DNA of 63,997 nt, filler included, from Choristocarpus tenellus KU-1152 (Eukaryota; Protista; Phaeophyceae), in the NCBI GenBank assembly GCA_964200185.2. It is 10 parts of 10 records of this genome, joined end to end, with 100 filler letters (N's around TTAATTAATTAA, not from the genome) between each part and the next. Parts side by side here need not be neighbours in the genome. Positions count along the whole stretch, not along the records: positions 61,423 to 63,997 come from CAXNAD020026622.1; 9 more parts are not named here. One strand, given 5' to 3'. Of this stretch, positions 61,726 to 63,997 are shown in pieces; within the stretch, counting starts at the first letter, position 1, and each line of letters begins with the position of its first letter. The translations under genes and the position numbers were made by a program. The notes below the pieces were generated by a model that saw nothing but the letters and a program-made list of their open reading frames with translations, was not told where the DNA came from and searched no databases.

Positions 61726-63895
61726 AAGTGAAGCCCAAGGTGACTACAAGCGATGCTGCTGCACACGATTTCGAAAATGATGATTCCAGGGCCAGTGCTA
61801 TGAGAGAGCAAGGTGACACTTGCTCTACTATTCCACCCACTCCCCCGCTTGAAACGCCTCACCAGTCAGCACAAACTGCTGGTGGTGTGGCTGCTCAGAC
61901 TCCCTTGGTGCAGTCAGTGTTGGATGTTGAGACCCCATCCCCACTGCAGAGTGACTTTTTCCATCCAGGACCACCGGATGAAGTCCTTGCTCCTACGTTT
62001 GCCCTGGAAAGGTTTTCCACTAAACCTGACTCAGGAGTAACTGGTTCTGAGGAAGGTAGGTGTGGTGACTATAAACCTCTGGAGGCACTGCCTGGGGAGG
62101 AGAATCCTGAGGTATCCGTTGAAGAAGATAGTTCATTACTTGGAGCCAGCTCTGGGGCAGGCCCTGTAGCAAATGCAAAGGAAGCGTATACGTTAAAGGA
62201 TGGGATTGTGGTTGAGGCAGATGCTGAAGGAGAGGGAAGGAACAGTCCTGACCATCAGATTTTGGACTCATTTCACACAGGAGAAACTACAAGCACTGGG
62301 GGCATCACTATTGTACAAAGTGAGGCAGAGACCAAGATGGAGACTGGGGTATCTGTAGGAGTGGGAAGAGGGGTTGAGACCGGAGGAATTTCCAGGATAG
62401 TTGTTGGGAGAGTGGTTGGGGCCACCTTGGGGGATGGGGGGGAACCTGAAGCAGGACCAGTGTTGGGTGGAGAGACTGCAGCTTTCAAAGAGGTTCGGGT
62501 TGGGACTGAGGTTTGTTCTGAAGTGCATGTGTCAAAGGAAGAGGTTGGAAAAAGGACTGCAGCAGAGGTTAGGGCAGAGACGAGAATCATCACTGCTGCA
62601 GGGTCAGGGACCATGGCAGAGGCAAGAGTAGAGGAAAGAACTGGCGCTGTTGTAGGAGCAGAGACAGATGAACCGCATCCAGGGGATATAATGGAAGCAA
62701 AGTCGGAGGCTGGGACAAGTCAAGGGATTGGGCCAGAAACATCAGCCAGAGTAAAACCTGAGACTGAGGCGATGACTGGGACAGAAAGAGGGGAAGGACC
62801 AGAGGGGTGTCAGAGAATTATACAGACTGAGGCAGCAGCTAGAGAGGGAGGCGGGGCAGGACATTTGTGGCTGGGCAAGGCACCCCTGGAAAATGGCAGC
62901 AAGTCCTTTCCTCCGGGGGAATTCTTTTGGGTGGAAAGTCATTGGCTCAGGCAATGGATTGTGGGAGAGCACCTTCCTCCTCCCCCACCCCCAAGTTCCC
63001 AGACAGTCTTGAAGCGTGACTGTAAGGGGCGGCAGCAGGTCAAATCGGTCTCAGGAGGCAATAGTAGTTCAACTGTTGGTCCAGTGTATTTGGACATGAA
63101 CAGCCCAGCAAAGACAGTTTGTCGAGGGGAATCAGACCAAAATAACTTTCTCAGAGAGTGTGCTGGTGCAAGTGGTTCCTGGTCCGATAGTGCCGAGCCT
63201 GGGACTGGTACGGAGGGTGGTGCTCTGGACCAGGTCCAAGATGTGAGAGAAGAAACTATTCTCAAGGCAATGGACTGTGAGACAGAGGCCCTTCAGCCTC
63301 CTACCTGTGGTGAAAGGAAGAAGAATGAGCCCCAAGGAGAACAGGATGAGAGAGCTGGGCAGCATTCCTGCAGTGGTGATGGAAGGCTGGGGGGAGGGGG
63401 GGACGATCCCACTAATGGTGTACAAGCAAATATTGGCGATTGGGTTGACATAGGTCAGATGGATGAGGAGGGTGACCCTGTTAATGGCGAGGCCCCATGT
63501 GGGCAGAGAAAACAGCATCGATGCAGCATGGGAAAGGTCACTGAGGATGGAGGCAAGAGGGATGGTAGTGATGACAACTGCAGAGATGGTAGTGGCAAGG
63601 TCGGGGATAGTCCTCTTCAGGGGAGGGCTGGCTCTGGCGAAGGTGCAGGGCTGGGCAATTTTGATGAGAGTTCTGTGGCACATGAAGAAGGCGTGTTCAA
63701 TGAGCCAATGCGGCACAAACGCCTCCTATGCCCCCACGGGCGCCTGCATCCATCCACTGTACCCCGTCTTAAGCTCCTAACGAGGGCGACCTACCGGGGT
63801 TTGCTAGAGGATGGTGGCGTTCCCATGCCTGACTGTCATCTTTCAGGGGAAGATTACCGCTGTGATGTGTGTATGGCTGAAGTCATTGGCCAACG
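61726..63895 (+). CDS. Large internal exon of a probable ubiquitin-specific protease (USP48/UBP26-like DUSP region) with long low-complexity inserts
   Basis: 787-codon stop-free frame; EFFWVESHWLRQWI, FNEPMRHKRLLCPHGRLHP...LKLLTRATY, YRCDVC resemble DUSP-type motifs; donor CG|gtgag at 63895; acceptor position approximate. Confidence 0.55.
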
Positions 63896-63997
63896 GTGAG
63901 CTCAGATGTATTGACAGTGAGGTCATTGTACTGCTGATGAGGGCCTGGGGAAGTGGAGGGTTCAGGGGGGGGGGGGAGGATAGGCGAGAAGGTTTGT

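Overview
Eukaryotic, intron-rich genomic DNA from a fragmented assembly. Ten contigs are joined by artificial 100-nt spacers (N-run + TTAATTAATTAA + N-run at 7152, 16043, 18915, 27194, 32263, 35844, 53285, 57164, 61323), so adjacency across spacers is not evidence of synteny. Gene content, GT-AG introns, TTAGGG-type repeats and the LTR relics fit a stramenopile, probably a brown alga or relative (inference). Genes reconstructed by hand: a complete 8-exon DHHC palmitoyltransferase (Swf1/ZDHHC4-like); partial EML-type WD40, ABC1/AarF kinase, CEP164-like (13 in-phase exons), B-box+WW and USP48/UBP26-like genes; a small Ser/Arg-rich membrane protein; and a decayed coiled-coil gene with a 397-bp inverted duplication. 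A ~7-kb nest of Copia/Gypsy relics lies upstream of the CEP164-like gene. The most notable unexplained signals are (i) a ~175-180 bp MITE-like element with poly-G/poly-C inverted ends, seen 12 times and flanking 7 of the 9 contig breaks, (ii) a CpG-deamination footprint with CpG-rich gene starts, (iii) an intronic hairpin, and (iv) an unidentified spliced ORF among telomere-like repeats. No CRISPR, rRNA or tRNA was recognised. All counts are by hand and no database searches were run.
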